A stretch of 64,000 bases of DNA from Candidatus Bathyarchaeia archaeon (GCA_049516875.1 JBEKSS010000011.1:1-64000); one strand, 5' to 3'. Positions 9,690 through 21,222 are shown, counted from the stretch's first letter. The notes: generated from the sequence alone by a model not told the origin. Translations and numbers: made by a program.

Positions 9690-10295
9690 ATGACATACCT
9701 AGAATCAGAGGAACATATGTCAAAACTACAAGGCAAAGGGAATAGCTTTCCTCCATTACAGAAACGAATAATTCTGCATCTGGCAGAAAACGGGCCTCAA
9801 ACTATCAATGAAACAAACAAAGGAATCTCGGGAGACTACAAGTCTTCCCATATTGCCTTCCAAACGTTGAAAAAGAAGGGTCTAATCAAAGAAGTAACGT
9901 CGAAACCCTATCGGGGCAGAGAATACCCGCAATTATGGCTCACAGACCGAGGCATATTCCTTGCCTTGTGCCAAGGAGCAAGACCACAGACTATTCTCAG
10001 AAGGACACTTGAAATATATCCTGAAGACAAAGGCTTACAGTTCGTCATAGAAGCTGTGCCTATTCTTGGAAAAAACGCCTTCGATGTATTATATCTCGCA
10101 GCTTCGACCAACGGACAGATAGAACAGACCGACGTGGATTCCATTCTCGCAGCCCAGATGCAGAAGAAGCTTTCTCCCGAAGTAATAAAACAATTCATTG
10201 CAGTGCTCAAAAAGTATCCCGCACAACATAAACGAACTGTGGATTCCATCGAGCAAGCTCGCAAGAATTTGTCAGAAGTATCCGATATGCTCTAA
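9690..10295 (+). CDS. Winged-helix DNA-binding protein
   Basis: QKRIILHLAENGPQTINE...LKKKGLI...WLTDRG pattern. Confidence 0.7.
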   Translation: MTYLESEEHMSKLQGKGNSFPPLQKRIILHLAENGPQTINETNKGISGDYKSSHIAFQTLKKKGLIKEVTSKPYRGREYPQLWLTDRGIFLALCQGARPQTILRRTLEIYPEDKGLQFVIEAVPILGKNAFDVLYLAASTNGQIEQTDVDSILAAQMQKKLSPEVIKQFIAVLKKYPAQHKRTVDSIEQARKNLSEVSDML

Positions 10296-10708
10296 TGCGA
10301 GCTAAAACACAAAGAACCATTCACACGCGATTAAGCAACAACACATAGTTAGAAACGTCGCCCAAGAAGACCCGCACTTCTAACAATGCAGGAAGCAACG
10401 GAAACGCTAGGAGATGAACAAACACAACGCTGAGACACAAAAACAAAACCAACGCCACACAGAAAACCACACGCTAATCTCTAAAACTCGCATAACGGAA
10501 GCCCAGCCATGGCTTCCTTGATACATGCACGATGTATTCAGTAATTGCTCAACACTCATCAGAAAATCTCCTCGGAGACATAAGCCTTTCTCCTTCGGAG
10601 CCTTCCCTCAGGAAACGTGAAAAGGCATATTGTCTCCTCGTCAAAAAACGCATAAAATCAGGAAGTCATGTGCAATACATACCTGACTCGAAGGAGGTGA
10701 AATGAAAA

Positions 10709-11757
<1,049 letters not shown>

Positions 11758-11846
11758 ACGCCAGAAGAAGACTCGAGAATGACATTGGAAAATGTCCTAA
11801 CGGTCGAGCGCTTAACAAGCCCTGGCGATAAGGAGATGTTTGAAGA

Positions 11847-12287
11847 TTGAGCCTGAGAGAATATGGAAGCAAGAGGAACTTCGAAAAGACGACTGAGCCC
11901 AAAGACGAACTTGAGGGAAGTAACGGTGGCATTTATGTCATTCAGAAGCATGCTGCCACCAATCTGCATTATGACTTGCGGTTGGAAATGGACGGTGTTT
12001 TGAAGAGCTGGGCAGTTCCTAAGGAACCGCCGGTCGAGTTTGGGGTTAGACGGCTTGCTGTTCAGGTGGAGGATCATCCGGTGGCTTATGCAACTTTTGA
12101 AGGCACGATTCCAGAAGGCGAATATGGAGCGGGCACCGTGGAAATATGGGACAAGGGCACCTACAAGATGGTGGATAGAAAAGAAGACAAACTCGTGGTG
12201 GAAATAGATGGCGAAAAGCTAAGAGGCTCATACGTTCTTGTTAGACTTAAGAACAAAAAGAATTGGCTCTTCTTCAAGAAGAAATGA
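11847..12287 (+). CDS. Stand-alone LigD 3'-phosphoesterase domain protein
   Basis: [41 protein letters not shown]. Confidence 0.9.
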   Translation: MSLREYGSKRNFEKTTEPKDELEGSNGGIYVIQKHAATNLHYDLRLEMDGVLKSWAVPKEPPVEFGVRRLAVQVEDHPVAYATFEGTIPEGEYGAGTVEIWDKGTYKMVDRKEDKLVVEIDGEKLRGSYVLVRLKNKKNWLFFKKK

Positions 12288-12348
12288 TATCAGTCTCAGA
12301 CCTGCGGCCAATCTTGAGATTTGGTACTTTTTTGGGTTTGTTGGAGGG

Positions 12349-12651
12349 CTATTCTGCCTTCTCTTCCCCGCTTTGCGGCTCTCCTTCTCCAACAACTTCA
12401 GCCTCTGCGAATCTTCTGCTTATCCTTGTTACCTTGATTTTGACGTGTTGGCCTTGCTTTGCGTTCGGTACGAATATCACTAGGCCTTGTATCCTGGCTA
12501 TGCCTTCTCCTCTGCGGCTCACTTCTTCAATGTCAGCTTCGTATTCTTTTCCAACTTCCACTGGTTTCGCAGCGAATCCTCCCGTATCTCCACGTCCTCT
12601 GAATCCTCCCCTTCTTTGGCCGAAGCCTCGTCTTCCTTCCATGCATTTCAC
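12349..12651 (-). CDS. TRAM-domain RNA-binding protein with RG-rich N-terminus
   Basis: PVEVGKEY...GEGIARIQGLVIFVP. Confidence 0.85.
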   Translation of the reverse strand: MKCMEGRRGFGQRRGGFRGRGDTGGFAAKPVEVGKEYEADIEEVSRRGEGIARIQGLVIFVPNAKQGQHVKIKVTRISRRFAEAEVVGEGEPQSGEEKAE

Positions 12652-12700
12652 CTCTCACTCTTGGTTATAAAAGACTCCTTCCCGCTTGCTTGCTTCCAAT

Positions 12701-12991
12701 TCACTCAACCGTTAACGTTCCGTATCTTCCGATGTTCAGCTGGATTTCGTCTCTGAAACTTGTGATGTAACCGTTCTGTATCTTAACAGTGTCGTTGACG
12801 TTAACTTGACTTATCTGCTCGTTCCAAAGTGTCAGTTTTATCGTGCCCGTCTCGTCAGCTATCATGGCGGTTGCAACCTTAAGGGTTTGATCTTTGAATC
12901 TGGACGTGACTTCACGTGTGTCAGATTTCTCAGTGACCTTTGCTGTCACATTTATGCGTTTCATCCCTTCTCGTAACTCGTTAATCTTCAT
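12701..12991 (-). CDS. Single OB-fold ssDNA-binding protein (crenarchaeal SSB-like)
   Basis: MKINEL...DETGTIKLTLWNEQ...LNIGRYG; start at ATG 12991. Confidence 0.85.
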   Translation of the reverse strand: MKINELREGMKRINVTAKVTEKSDTREVTSRFKDQTLKVATAMIADETGTIKLTLWNEQISQVNVNDTVKIQNGYITSFRDEIQLNIGRYGTLTVE

Positions 12992-13286
12992 CCTTATCCC
13001 TTCAATCTGGACAACTCTTTCCGCGAGCGCGAATTTTCCGCTCACGTTTCGAATTCTGACTCTGACTCGTTCTCCTATCTTGCTGCGAGGAACAAATAGA
13101 GCCTTGAATGCTTGCGACGCCGTCGCCTCTGCTCCCGACGTCATCAATGGCAACTTCTATTTCTTGGTTTTCCTTCACGGGCCTCAACTGCAAGAACGGT
13201 CTGCTCGGACGGAATCTGGTTTGGCTTCCAAATCTTCTTGGTTTTCTCGGTGCGTTCTCTGTTTTTTCCGGTAGCCTTCTTGACAT
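12992..13286 (-). pseudogene. Frameshifted second TRAM-domain gene
   Basis: PVKENQEIEVAIDDVGSRGDGVASIQG in one frame continues as FVPRSKIGERVRVRI in another; shift near 13100. Confidence 0.7.
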
Positions 13287-13621
13287 GTTGTGTTTTTCGT
13301 CCCTGTCGCGGAGCCAGCCTTTTCCCGTGAAAACCCATGTGCCGAACACTTGACACTTGAGCCTTGGGATAGGCTAGTTACATGCAGAAAAGTCCTTCAG
13401 CAATATAAATTTTGCTAGACTGCTATTTATGGCGTAACGCTTCAACAGGGTTCAATTTTGAAGTCTTTCTCGCTGGATACAGACTGAAGATTGTGCAGAC
13501 TACGACACCCAAAATGAAAACAATCATCGTCCACTCAGACAAAAACTGGAGTAATAGCAATTGACTGCCTCTTGGGGTTTTGAAAAATCATGTTCTGCTG
13601 CTGCTGAAGTTGAATGAGATT

Positions 13622-14050
13622 TTACAATATGTAAGCCAGTCCATAGGAAAGCCCGCTCTCTCTCAGCATCTCTTTCGCCCGTTCAGAAGTTTCCTTGTCT
13701 GGTTTTCCTGCAATCGTCAAAGGTAACTCCACATTCCTCAAGGCTGTCAGCCTCGGCAGCAGGTTGAGAAACCAAAAAACAAAGCCTGTTTCGGCCAGCC
13801 GAAGTTCAGCAAGATTGGCATCGTCCAATTTGAAAATATTCGTTTCATTCATCAAAACGTCTCCTTCGTCCGGCCGGTCTAAACCTCTAAGCAGGTGAAG
13901 CAGGGTTGACTTCCCACTGCCTGAAAGACCGAAAATAGTCAGAACTCGTTTTCTTTGACTTCAAAACTCACTCCCTGCAAGGCAGGGACAAAGGCCTTGT
14001 CCAAGCGATAGCTTTTTTACGTTTCACGCTTCAAGGACCGCAGTCATTTC
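13622..14050 (-). pseudogene. Degraded LolD/MacB-like ABC ATPase
   Basis: Walker A GLSGSGKSTLL upstream of LDRPDEG...NLLPRLTALRNVELPL; truncated before the signature motif. Confidence 0.75.
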
Positions 14051-14121
14051 ACCAGTCAGTTTTTTCGAAACGGAGCTGTGCACGTTTCTTTTTCTTATAA
14101 ATCTATATGCTGGAGTGGCCA

Positions 14122-15300
14122 TTAGACTAGGAAGCTTGACACTATTACGGTGACTATGTAGGCCATTATTCCAACTATGATGCTCTTGACCCATGAGAAT
14201 TCAGCAAGCAGACGAACGGCAACCGCAACTAACGCAATGGTCCACACTGCCGCTAATATTCCAGCGAACGTGGTGATCTGAGAACCAAGCGACCTTTGGT
14301 CCGTGATCGTTTTTAGTGCAGCGTCCCCTTCTCCGTTTACGCCTCCCAATAGTTCAAAGGGTATATGAGCTACTGGCCAGGTCAGATATCCTATGGCGTT
14401 TATTAGGGTTTGTACAAACATGATCATGAGGATGAATCCGACTGCAATTAGCATGGGTCTCCATGTGGACTTGCCTCTGAGAGCTCTGACGAGTATGTAA
14501 GCTAGGCCGCTGAGCAGAACCCATGTGACGGCAAACTGCAAGGCGGCTGCAACGCCATTAGACACTAAGTAACCTGAGCCCCCAGCTTCAAGTTCGGACT
14601 GGAACGGGCCATGGAAAAATAAGCCGTCGACGAGTAAAGTCATGTTCGAACTCGTACTCCAAGTGAAGTTGAGTTCCAGTCCTGTGATTTTGCTCCAGTC
14701 TGCATTGCTACTAGTCTTAAACCATTCGCGCGCGCTAGACGCGAGAGTGTCGACTGTGAGGTTGTTCCAGATGTCAGGGCTGACGTTTTGGAACATGTCG
14801 TTCAAATTCGTGTAGAAGTAGTCTGAAGTGTTGGCTGAAAACATTTGAAGTGTCACATTTTCTGGTGTCGCATCAGGGCTGGTCCATTTTGTCCTGAGTG
14901 ACAAGAGATGGTAAACGTTGGGGCTGGAACAATCCACCGATCCTATTCCGCCTAGCTGCATCCAGACCTGTGAACTATTCACGATTGAGAATTCTATGCT
15001 CGCGTTTCCGTAGTAATAAATTCCGTAATAGTAGGTTTGGTTGATGTGGTCACTGCTTTCTGTGACTACAGCATTTGACGTCCAAAATGTGCTGTTTTCA
15101 GTCCACTCATCGTATCTTTCTCCGGTTGGCAGAGTCTGTTCGTAATAATTCTTGGACAATGTGATATAGGTGGTTCCCAAGGTAGCTACGATAAGGAGTA
15201 TCATCACTACAATCGGTCCGATGTACTTTGGGCTTTCAATAACCTCCTTCAGTGTTCTGCGTGGGGCGTACAAAACCTTCAGCACTTTGGATACGTACAA
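14122..15300 (-). CDS. Yip1-like membrane protein with large extracellular insertion
   Basis: KVLYAP N-terminus, one TM helix, soluble domain, four C-terminal TM helices. Confidence 0.65.
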   Translation of the reverse strand: MYVSKVLKVLYAPRRTLKEVIESPKYIGPIVVMILLIVATLGTTYITLSKNYYEQTLPTGERYDEWTENSTFWTSNAVVTESSDHINQTYYYGIYYYGNASIEFSIVNSSQVWMQLGGIGSVDCSSPNVYHLLSLRTKWTSPDATPENVTLQMFSANTSDYFYTNLNDMFQNVSPDIWNNLTVDTLASSAREWFKTSSNADWSKITGLELNFTWSTSSNMTLLVDGLFFHGPFQSELEAGGSGYLVSNGVAAALQFAVTWVLLSGLAYILVRALRGKSTWRPMLIAVGFILMIMFVQTLINAIGYLTWPVAHIPFELLGGVNGEGDAALKTITDQRSLGSQITTFAGILAAVWTIALVAVAVRLLAEFSWVKSIIVGIMAYIVTVIVSSFLV

Positions 15301-15347
15301 TAATCCAGGCTCCGTTCATAAGTTGTTGTTGGATTATTAATTGTTTT

Positions 15348-16862
15348 CTACATCCCTAACTTCAGACGTCTGTAAGTCGTGTAGTCTACGTGTTCTAAGA
15401 AGGGGTTTTGCGCTTGATAAGCAATTGTTAGTTTCTGGTTGCGCCGCTTGTCACGTATCTGGCTTGTTGTCACGAGTGAGTATGCGTCACTTCCGGCTCC
15501 TGAGCCGTAGCTCGCGAGCAGAATGCGGTCGCCCGGCTTGGCTATGTCCAAAACCGCTGCCAGCCCGACCGGTGAGGCGCCCGAGTACGTGTTGCCAAAC
15601 TTGGCTACTTGAAGCATGGGTGTATACTGCTCCTCTTTGAATCCAAGCTCTTTTGCTATTCGCACCGGGAACTGAACGTTGGGCTGATGAGCGACGAAAT
15701 AGTCCACGTCTCCGACTTGGAGGTTAAGCCGTTCCATCAGCTTCCTAGCCGACATTCTGACGTGTTTAAAGTATGCGGGGTCTCCGGTGAAGCGTCCGCC
15801 GTGCATCGGATGCGGTTCGCCGTCCCTTCTCCAGAAGTCAGGAGTGTCAGAGGTGCACGAGTACCATCCTTCAATTTCCGCGATAACGTCCTGTTTCCCG
15901 AGGATGAAGGCCGCCGCACCGTATCCAACGAACAAGTCTAATTCTCCGCCGGGACAGTCTCTCGGAGCTGCCTGTGAATTGTCGGTTCCTATGACCATTG
16001 CGTACTTGATGTTTGATTTTGGATAGTTAACCAACGACGCGGCATCCTTGAACATGCTTGTAGCGGCCTTGCACGCGAACTCTGTGTCTACAGCGTCAAC
16101 GCCCTGAACGTCTTCGTTTTCTTCGCCGAGTTTCAGAACCTGCGCCACTTTCGAGGCTATAGGCTTGACAGCGTAAGGGTTCGATTCTGACCCAACATAA
16201 ATCTTTCCTATTTGCGAATTGTCAACTCCCGAGTAGATCAGCGCGAGTTTTCCAGCCTCAACAGCGGCAGTTATGCTATCCTCGTCGATGAATGGAACGG
16301 AACGTTCGATGCTTCCTTCCTTAATCCTGAACCTTGAAGTGTAAACTCCGTAGCCAACAATCCCAGGCAAATCGTACTCTTTCTTGGGTTTGATGATTTT
16401 GTATTCTTGGTGCGGGTAGTATTCGTCTGCAAAGGTGAAAGCTAAAGAGATTGTCGGAATGACATCGCTTTTGTCCACAGAGTAACGTCTTCGAAACCTC
16501 GGAACAACGTCTCTTCCTTCGAGGCTTGAGAAGTCAACTTCTTCGTTGCATACTGCTGTTCTATCTGTGAGTCTTCCTGGAACGCGTATTCTGCAGTCAT
16601 GGAAGGAGACTGTGCCGTAAATGTAACTGCCAAGCTTGGTGAACTTGTTTGTCGGTTCGTTAATCAGCGTGCACAGTTCAAGTTTGCCCTTTTCGTAGAA
16701 GAGGTCGGTGCTAACCATTTTTCCAAAGCTTTTTCTTCCGCAATTTCCGCAGTAGTCCCTTATCTCGAAATACTCTTTCCCGCAGATCAGGCAGCGGTTA
16801 CCTCGTAGCCTGTCGCCTAGGTAAGAGACTCTTCTTTCTATCGGTTCGCTGCTCATCTTCAT
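15348..16862 (-). CDS. HMG-CoA synthase with N-terminal DUF35 (Zn-ribbon/OB) fusion
   Basis: N-terminal CxxC-x10-CxxC; GSES, FACKAA, HQPN, GNTYSG, SYGSGAGSD. Confidence 0.9.
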   Translation of the reverse strand: MKMSSEPIERRVSYLGDRLRGNRCLICGKEYFEIRDYCGNCGRKSFGKMVSTDLFYEKGKLELCTLINEPTNKFTKLGSYIYGTVSFHDCRIRVPGRLTDRTAVCNEEVDFSSLEGRDVVPRFRRRYSVDKSDVIPTISLAFTFADEYYPHQEYKIIKPKKEYDLPGIVGYGVYTSRFRIKEGSIERSVPFIDEDSITAAVEAGKLALIYSGVDNSQIGKIYVGSESNPYAVKPIASKVAQVLKLGEENEDVQGVDAVDTEFACKAATSMFKDAASLVNYPKSNIKYAMVIGTDNSQAAPRDCPGGELDLFVGYGAAAFILGKQDVIAEIEGWYSCTSDTPDFWRRDGEPHPMHGGRFTGDPAYFKHVRMSARKLMERLNLQVGDVDYFVAHQPNVQFPVRIAKELGFKEEQYTPMLQVAKFGNTYSGASPVGLAAVLDIAKPGDRILLASYGSGAGSDAYSLVTTSQIRDKRRNQKLTIAYQAQNPFLEHVDYTTYRRLKLGM

Positions 16863-18055
16863 TCTCTCCCTAAAATGTAAACGTAGCCTTTGGTTCCAAA
16901 GCCTTCAAGCTCAAGCACACATCCACACTCAAGCTCCTCGTCGGATTTGACTTGGCGCTCGCAGGCTTCATTCTTTAACTGCTTGACGACTTCAAAAATC
17001 TGTGCGCCACCCGTTGCTCCCAATGGGTTTCCATCAGCTTTCAATCCGCCACTCATGTTTACGAATAGCTTGTTTCCGTCCATCTCGTAATAGCCCTTGT
17101 AATCCTGGCAACTTTGATTTATGCTGCGCCATGCTGTTCCACGCTTGCAAAAGCCCATATCCTCAAGCGAAACCATCTCCATGACTGTGGATTGATCATA
17201 GAGTTCGACGAGTTGTATGTCCCTCAGACTCTTTCCTGCCATCTTTAGAGCATTCTTCATTGAAATCTCGCTTACCAGAAAGTGTGTCATGTCCTCTCTT
17301 GCCGGATACGTCAAGTAGTCTGTTGCTGAGGATACGCCCAAGACATATACGGGCTTGTTCGTAAATTTTCTAGCCACTTCTTCGCTGGTGAGAATTAGGA
17401 TCGCCGCGCCGTCAGAAATTGGGGCGTAATCGTAGAGTCCCAGCGGCCTGTGTACTTCTTTTCTTGCATCTAGAACTTGCTCAACAGTTATTTCCCTTTG
17501 GTACTGCGCATACTCGTTTTTCGTTCCATGCAGGTGATTTTTGACTGAGATTTGAGCTAAAGCAGTGTTCAGTGTTTCCAGGTTCTCTCCGGTCAAGCCG
17601 TATTTTTTGATGTAGGCCCGGAGCATAAGTTCATGGTTTGCTTCAGGCGTACACCCCGCGTAGTAGCTCCATGGGTCTTCAAGAAGCATCAAGTCGTCGC
17701 GTATCTTGTCCCATCTGTCGGTCATTTTTTCTATTCCGCCGACGAGAACTATGTTGTATCTTCCGGCTTGAATGGCGTTGCAGGCGTTTGACAGGGCTGA
17801 ACTGAATGAACGTGTTACTTCCATAGGGGCGTGAAGCTCCGTCAGTTCTGAAAGGAAACCTTCTTCCAGTCCAAGCTTGTTTGTGATGGGGAGAAAATAG
17901 TCTGAAAGGTAACAGGCTTCCAAGTCCTTGCGTTCCAAGTTGGCTTCCATTGAAGCTTTGAGCCATGCCTCTTCAATCAGTTTTTCAGGCTCTTTTTCGT
18001 AATGTTCTCCAAACCTTGTTCTTCCAACAGCAACTATTGCCGGGCGAATTGGCAT
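16859..18055 (-). CDS. Thiolase-fold protein with degenerate active site
   Basis: VGGIEKM, SDGAA, NMSGGLK..GNPLGATG; expected catalytic Cys and His residues replaced. Confidence 0.85.
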   Translation of the reverse strand: MPIRPAIVAVGRTRFGEHYEKEPEKLIEEAWLKASMEANLERKDLEACYLSDYFLPITNKLGLEEGFLSELTELHAPMEVTRSFSSALSNACNAIQAGRYNIVLVGGIEKMTDRWDKIRDDLMLLEDPWSYYAGCTPEANHELMLRAYIKKYGLTGENLETLNTALAQISVKNHLHGTKNEYAQYQREITVEQVLDARKEVHRPLGLYDYAPISDGAAILILTSEEVARKFTNKPVYVLGVSSATDYLTYPAREDMTHFLVSEISMKNALKMAGKSLRDIQLVELYDQSTVMEMVSLEDMGFCKRGTAWRSINQSCQDYKGYYEMDGNKLFVNMSGGLKADGNPLGATGGAQIFEVVKQLKNEACERQVKSDEELECGCVLELEGFGTKGYVYILGRE

Positions 18056-18117
18056 CAAATTACACCTATCAATCAGCAAATATCCCTTTAACATGCGACT
18101 TTTAAGCGTTTGCCATT

Positions 18118-19281
18118 TCAGCGCGCGCCAACTTGGGGGACTTTTTTTTCTTCATTGATGTTTATTCCGTGGCTCTCTAGATTTTCTGAAAATAGTCTGA
18201 AGAGCCTGTTGTCCATGCCTATTCTCTCAGGAGGAACCACGCCCTTTTCCTTCAGAGCTTTCTTCAAGATCAACTGTGCAACTATCGACGCTGGATAGGC
18301 TGTTGTTCTAGCCATGGCGGTTACACGTCGGGTTGTGTCATAGAAGTCCAACAAGCTGTGGGTGTACGTTGTTTTCTTTTTGTTTTTGACGCCACGAGTC
18401 TCAACTTTCAGTGCAACGATGTCTTTTTGTCTTCTGTTTGACAATCTTTGTTCAAAAATTCTGGCGGTGAGCTTTCTGGGCTGTACATTGGCTCCTCCGA
18501 CGTTGACGTTTGTTTCGCTGAAAAACCCGAGGGTCTTGAGCAATTTCACCTTCTCGGCGTGTCCTGGATATCTGAGGGTTTTCTCCCACATGTCGTCGAC
18601 ATTTTTCAACGTGCACGGCAAGGTTCTGAGTCCGTCGGTGTAAAAGGCTTCAAGTTTTCCAACGTTTGGGAATTCAATTTCCTCCACTCCGCTTAATGCT
18701 TCAACTTCAACTACATGGCCCTTTCTGACTATTACTGCCTTTCTCGTGTACTCGTCTATGAGGCTTTCAGGAGACCATGTGACGACATAGCCCAGCGGGG
18801 GAACGGGTTTTTCGGGAAGCCCGCCAACCATTATGTGAACGGCTTCGACCTTGTCAAGGCTTGCCGCAGAATGTCCGACTAGAACGTTGCTGATTCCGGG
18901 GGCTAATCCGCAGTCTGGGACAATCGTTGAACCTGCGTGTGTCGCCGTCTCGTTCAAATGCATGGGGTTTTCAGGCATGTAGGAAACGTCAACCAAATCC
19001 TTGCGGGCCTCAATACATGCTTCAGCTAGCCGGTATCCTAGGTTGCCTGGCAGGAATCCCATGGTTAGGTCAAACCCTCTCAGAGTGTCTACCAGTTCTT
19101 CACGGTCTGCAACGTCTAATTGAATCCATGTAACATTGCTCAAGCCTATTCTCTTGACAACATCTTTCGCTCTTCCTTCATTCTTGTCGGCGACAACGAC
19201 TTCGGTCGAACTCAGACTGTTGGCCAAGTCTTCCGTTGCAACAGAGCCTATGTTTCCGCAGCCCAGCACTATCACTTTCAT
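18118..19281 (-). CDS. Saccharopine dehydrogenase / lysine 6-dehydrogenase family
   Basis: GCGNIG Rossmann motif, DCGLAPG, KTLRYPGH, AMARTT. Confidence 0.9.
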   Translation of the reverse strand: MKVIVLGCGNIGSVATEDLANSLSSTEVVVADKNEGRAKDVVKRIGLSNVTWIQLDVADREELVDTLRGFDLTMGFLPGNLGYRLAEACIEARKDLVDVSYMPENPMHLNETATHAGSTIVPDCGLAPGISNVLVGHSAASLDKVEAVHIMVGGLPEKPVPPLGYVVTWSPESLIDEYTRKAVIVRKGHVVEVEALSGVEEIEFPNVGKLEAFYTDGLRTLPCTLKNVDDMWEKTLRYPGHAEKVKLLKTLGFFSETNVNVGGANVQPRKLTARIFEQRLSNRRQKDIVALKVETRGVKNKKKTTYTHSLLDFYDTTRRVTAMARTTAYPASIVAQLILKKALKEKGVVPPERIGMDNRLFRLFSENLESHGININEEKKVPQVGAR

Positions 19282-19466
19282 GTTCCTACATTCAGAGAGG
19301 GTTTTCATTAAAGGTTTTCCCAAGCTCAGTCACAAGACAGATCGCGCTCTCAAGGAACTCGCAGAATTTCTTCATGGGGGAAACAATGTTACAATGTGGA
19401 GCTTTGTTACAGATAATGGATTTGAAAGTTTTATATACCCCAATAGTGATTTTACATTTGAGTATC

Positions 19467-19775
19467 ATGGCTGAGATCTGTCCAACATGCGGACTTCCCA
19501 AGGATATATGTGCTTGTGGCGAGATAGAAAAAGAACAACAGCGGATTCGCATACGGCTTGAAACACGCAAATGGGGCAAACCTACTACAATAGTAGATGG
19601 CATAGACGAGAAGAACACGAACCTAGCTGGAATTGCTCAAAAACTGAAGGGATTCTGTGCCTGCGGAGGAACGGCAAAGAGCGGTCAGATAATGCTTCAG
19701 GGAGATCATCGCGAAAGAGTTCGCCAGTTTTTGGTAAAACTTGGATATCCAGACGAGAACATAGAGCTTCAGTAA
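19467..19775 (+). CDS. Translation initiation factor aIF1 (SUI1)
   Basis: CPTCGLPKDIC, CACGGT, LQGDHR. Confidence 0.93.
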   Translation: MAEICPTCGLPKDICACGEIEKEQQRIRIRLETRKWGKPTTIVDGIDEKNTNLAGIAQKLKGFCACGGTAKSGQIMLQGDHRERVRQFLVKLGYPDENIELQ

Positions 19776-19802
19776 TTGCCCCGTGGGTGGTGCGGGCCTA
19801 AG

Positions 19803-20006
19803 ATGAAACGGCTGCAAGACATGCGTGAAGTATTGAAAATGCTCAAACGGGAAAAACCGTCAAAGAAATACTGCCCGAAATGCGGAAGCCCTGACATTCA
19901 TTTGTCCAGTGGCACGGACTATTGGCTGACGCCTCTGAAATACGTGTGCAAGAACTGTGGATACCACGGTCCAATTATTATGGAACTTGAAAAAGAGGAA
20001 GGTTAG
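19803..20006 (+). CDS. Small zinc-ribbon protein
   Basis: CPKCGS...YVCKNCGYHG. Confidence 0.75.
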   Translation: MKRLQDMREVLKMLKREKPSKKYCPKCGSPDIHLSSGTDYWLTPLKYVCKNCGYHGPIIMELEKEEG

Positions 20007-20025
20007 CAGCGCCTGACCGTCTTGG

Positions 20026-20964
20026 TCAATCAGGAACCTCTAGTTTAAGTTGCTTCTTCAGGGTTTTGTAACGGTTTCTCACCGTGACTTCGGTAACGCC
20101 TGCTGCTTCAGCTATGTCCTTCTGCGTTTTCTTCTCGTTGTTCTGCAAGCAAGCGATGTATAGTGCTGCAGCCGCGAGTCCCATGGGGTCTTTTCCTGCG
20201 GCAGCCCGTTTGTTTCTGGCTTCTCTTAGAATCTGTATGGCGACTCCTTGGGTTCTGCCTGAAATTCCTGTTCTCTCAGCTATTTTTGAAACGTACGTGA
20301 GAGGGTCGGCAATCGGCATGTGTACGTCAAGTTCACGCAGCAGTAGCCTGTAGCAACGAGCAACATCTTTCTTGTCGACCAAGCTTGCTTCGGCAATTTC
20401 GCGGAGGGTTCTCGGTGTTCCGCTTCCGCGGCAGGCTGCATAGAGCGCTGCGGCAGCGATGGCCGCGATGGATCTGCCGCGAACTAGGCCTTTGTCCAAG
20501 GCTTTGCGGTAGGTGACTGCCGCTTTCTCTTTGATTGGTGGTGGAATGTAAACTTTGTCTGACAGACGGTCGAGTTCAGCCATGGCCTGGGCTAGGTTTC
20601 TGTCGATTGAAGAGTGCACTCTTGAGCGTATCTGCCATTTTCTTAGACGCCACATTTGCAGACGTGTCGAGAGTGGGAGTTTTCTTCCGAAGGCGTCACG
20701 GTCAACTTGGCTTATGGCTGTTGACAAGCCTTTATCATGAACAGAATAAGACGTTGGTACTCCAACGCGGCTTCTTGAGGCTTTCTCTTCTTGGGTGAAA
20801 GCGCGCCATTCTGGTCCCTTATCCATCATCTGCTCGTACACCACGAGTCCACAGTCGCCGCAAACGGTTTCGCCAGTGTCATAATCATGAACGAGGTTTG
20901 AACTACCGCATTCTGGGCACTTGTCAACTAGGCGCTGGCGAACCCCGGGTTCTTTTTTACTCAA
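20026..20964 (-). CDS. tfb: Transcription initiation factor IIB
   Basis: CPECG zinc ribbon, GPEWRAF B-reader, two cyclin repeats, VTEVTVRNRY. Confidence 0.97.
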   Translation of the reverse strand: MSKKEPGVRQRLVDKCPECGSSNLVHDYDTGETVCGDCGLVVYEQMMDKGPEWRAFTQEEKASRSRVGVPTSYSVHDKGLSTAISQVDRDAFGRKLPLSTRLQMWRLRKWQIRSRVHSSIDRNLAQAMAELDRLSDKVYIPPPIKEKAAVTYRKALDKGLVRGRSIAAIAAAALYAACRGSGTPRTLREIAEASLVDKKDVARCYRLLLRELDVHMPIADPLTYVSKIAERTGISGRTQGVAIQILREARNKRAAAGKDPMGLAAAALYIACLQNNEKKTQKDIAEAAGVTEVTVRNRYKTLKKQLKLEVPD

Positions 20965-21222
20965 CTCTTTTCGCCTCGACTATTTTTTTCGTAGAACCGT
21001 CGTGATTCTTCATCATTTTTCAGAAAGCAGTGCGTTCGGTTCCGCGTAACTATGCACGTGCCATGTCTTAATATATAAGCTTTACGGTTCTCTTGTATTA
21101 ATTGAAATGGCGTTTCTACTAGTAACATCAATAGTCTACGGGTTTGATTGGGAATATACTGTTCGCAAGTCTTGAATACTCACGCGTACTATTGATTTCC
21201 CAGTGTAAAGTTGATTCATGTG

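Noticed and set aside
14727-14735. CG run inside the Yip1-like gene (also 60322-60329)
   Set aside because: Within intact reading frames with no sign of a junction; counted as background
19236-19466. Long N-terminal extension of aIF1 in the ORF track
   Set aside because: Overlaps the divergent gene and promoter region; family similarity begins at ATG 19467
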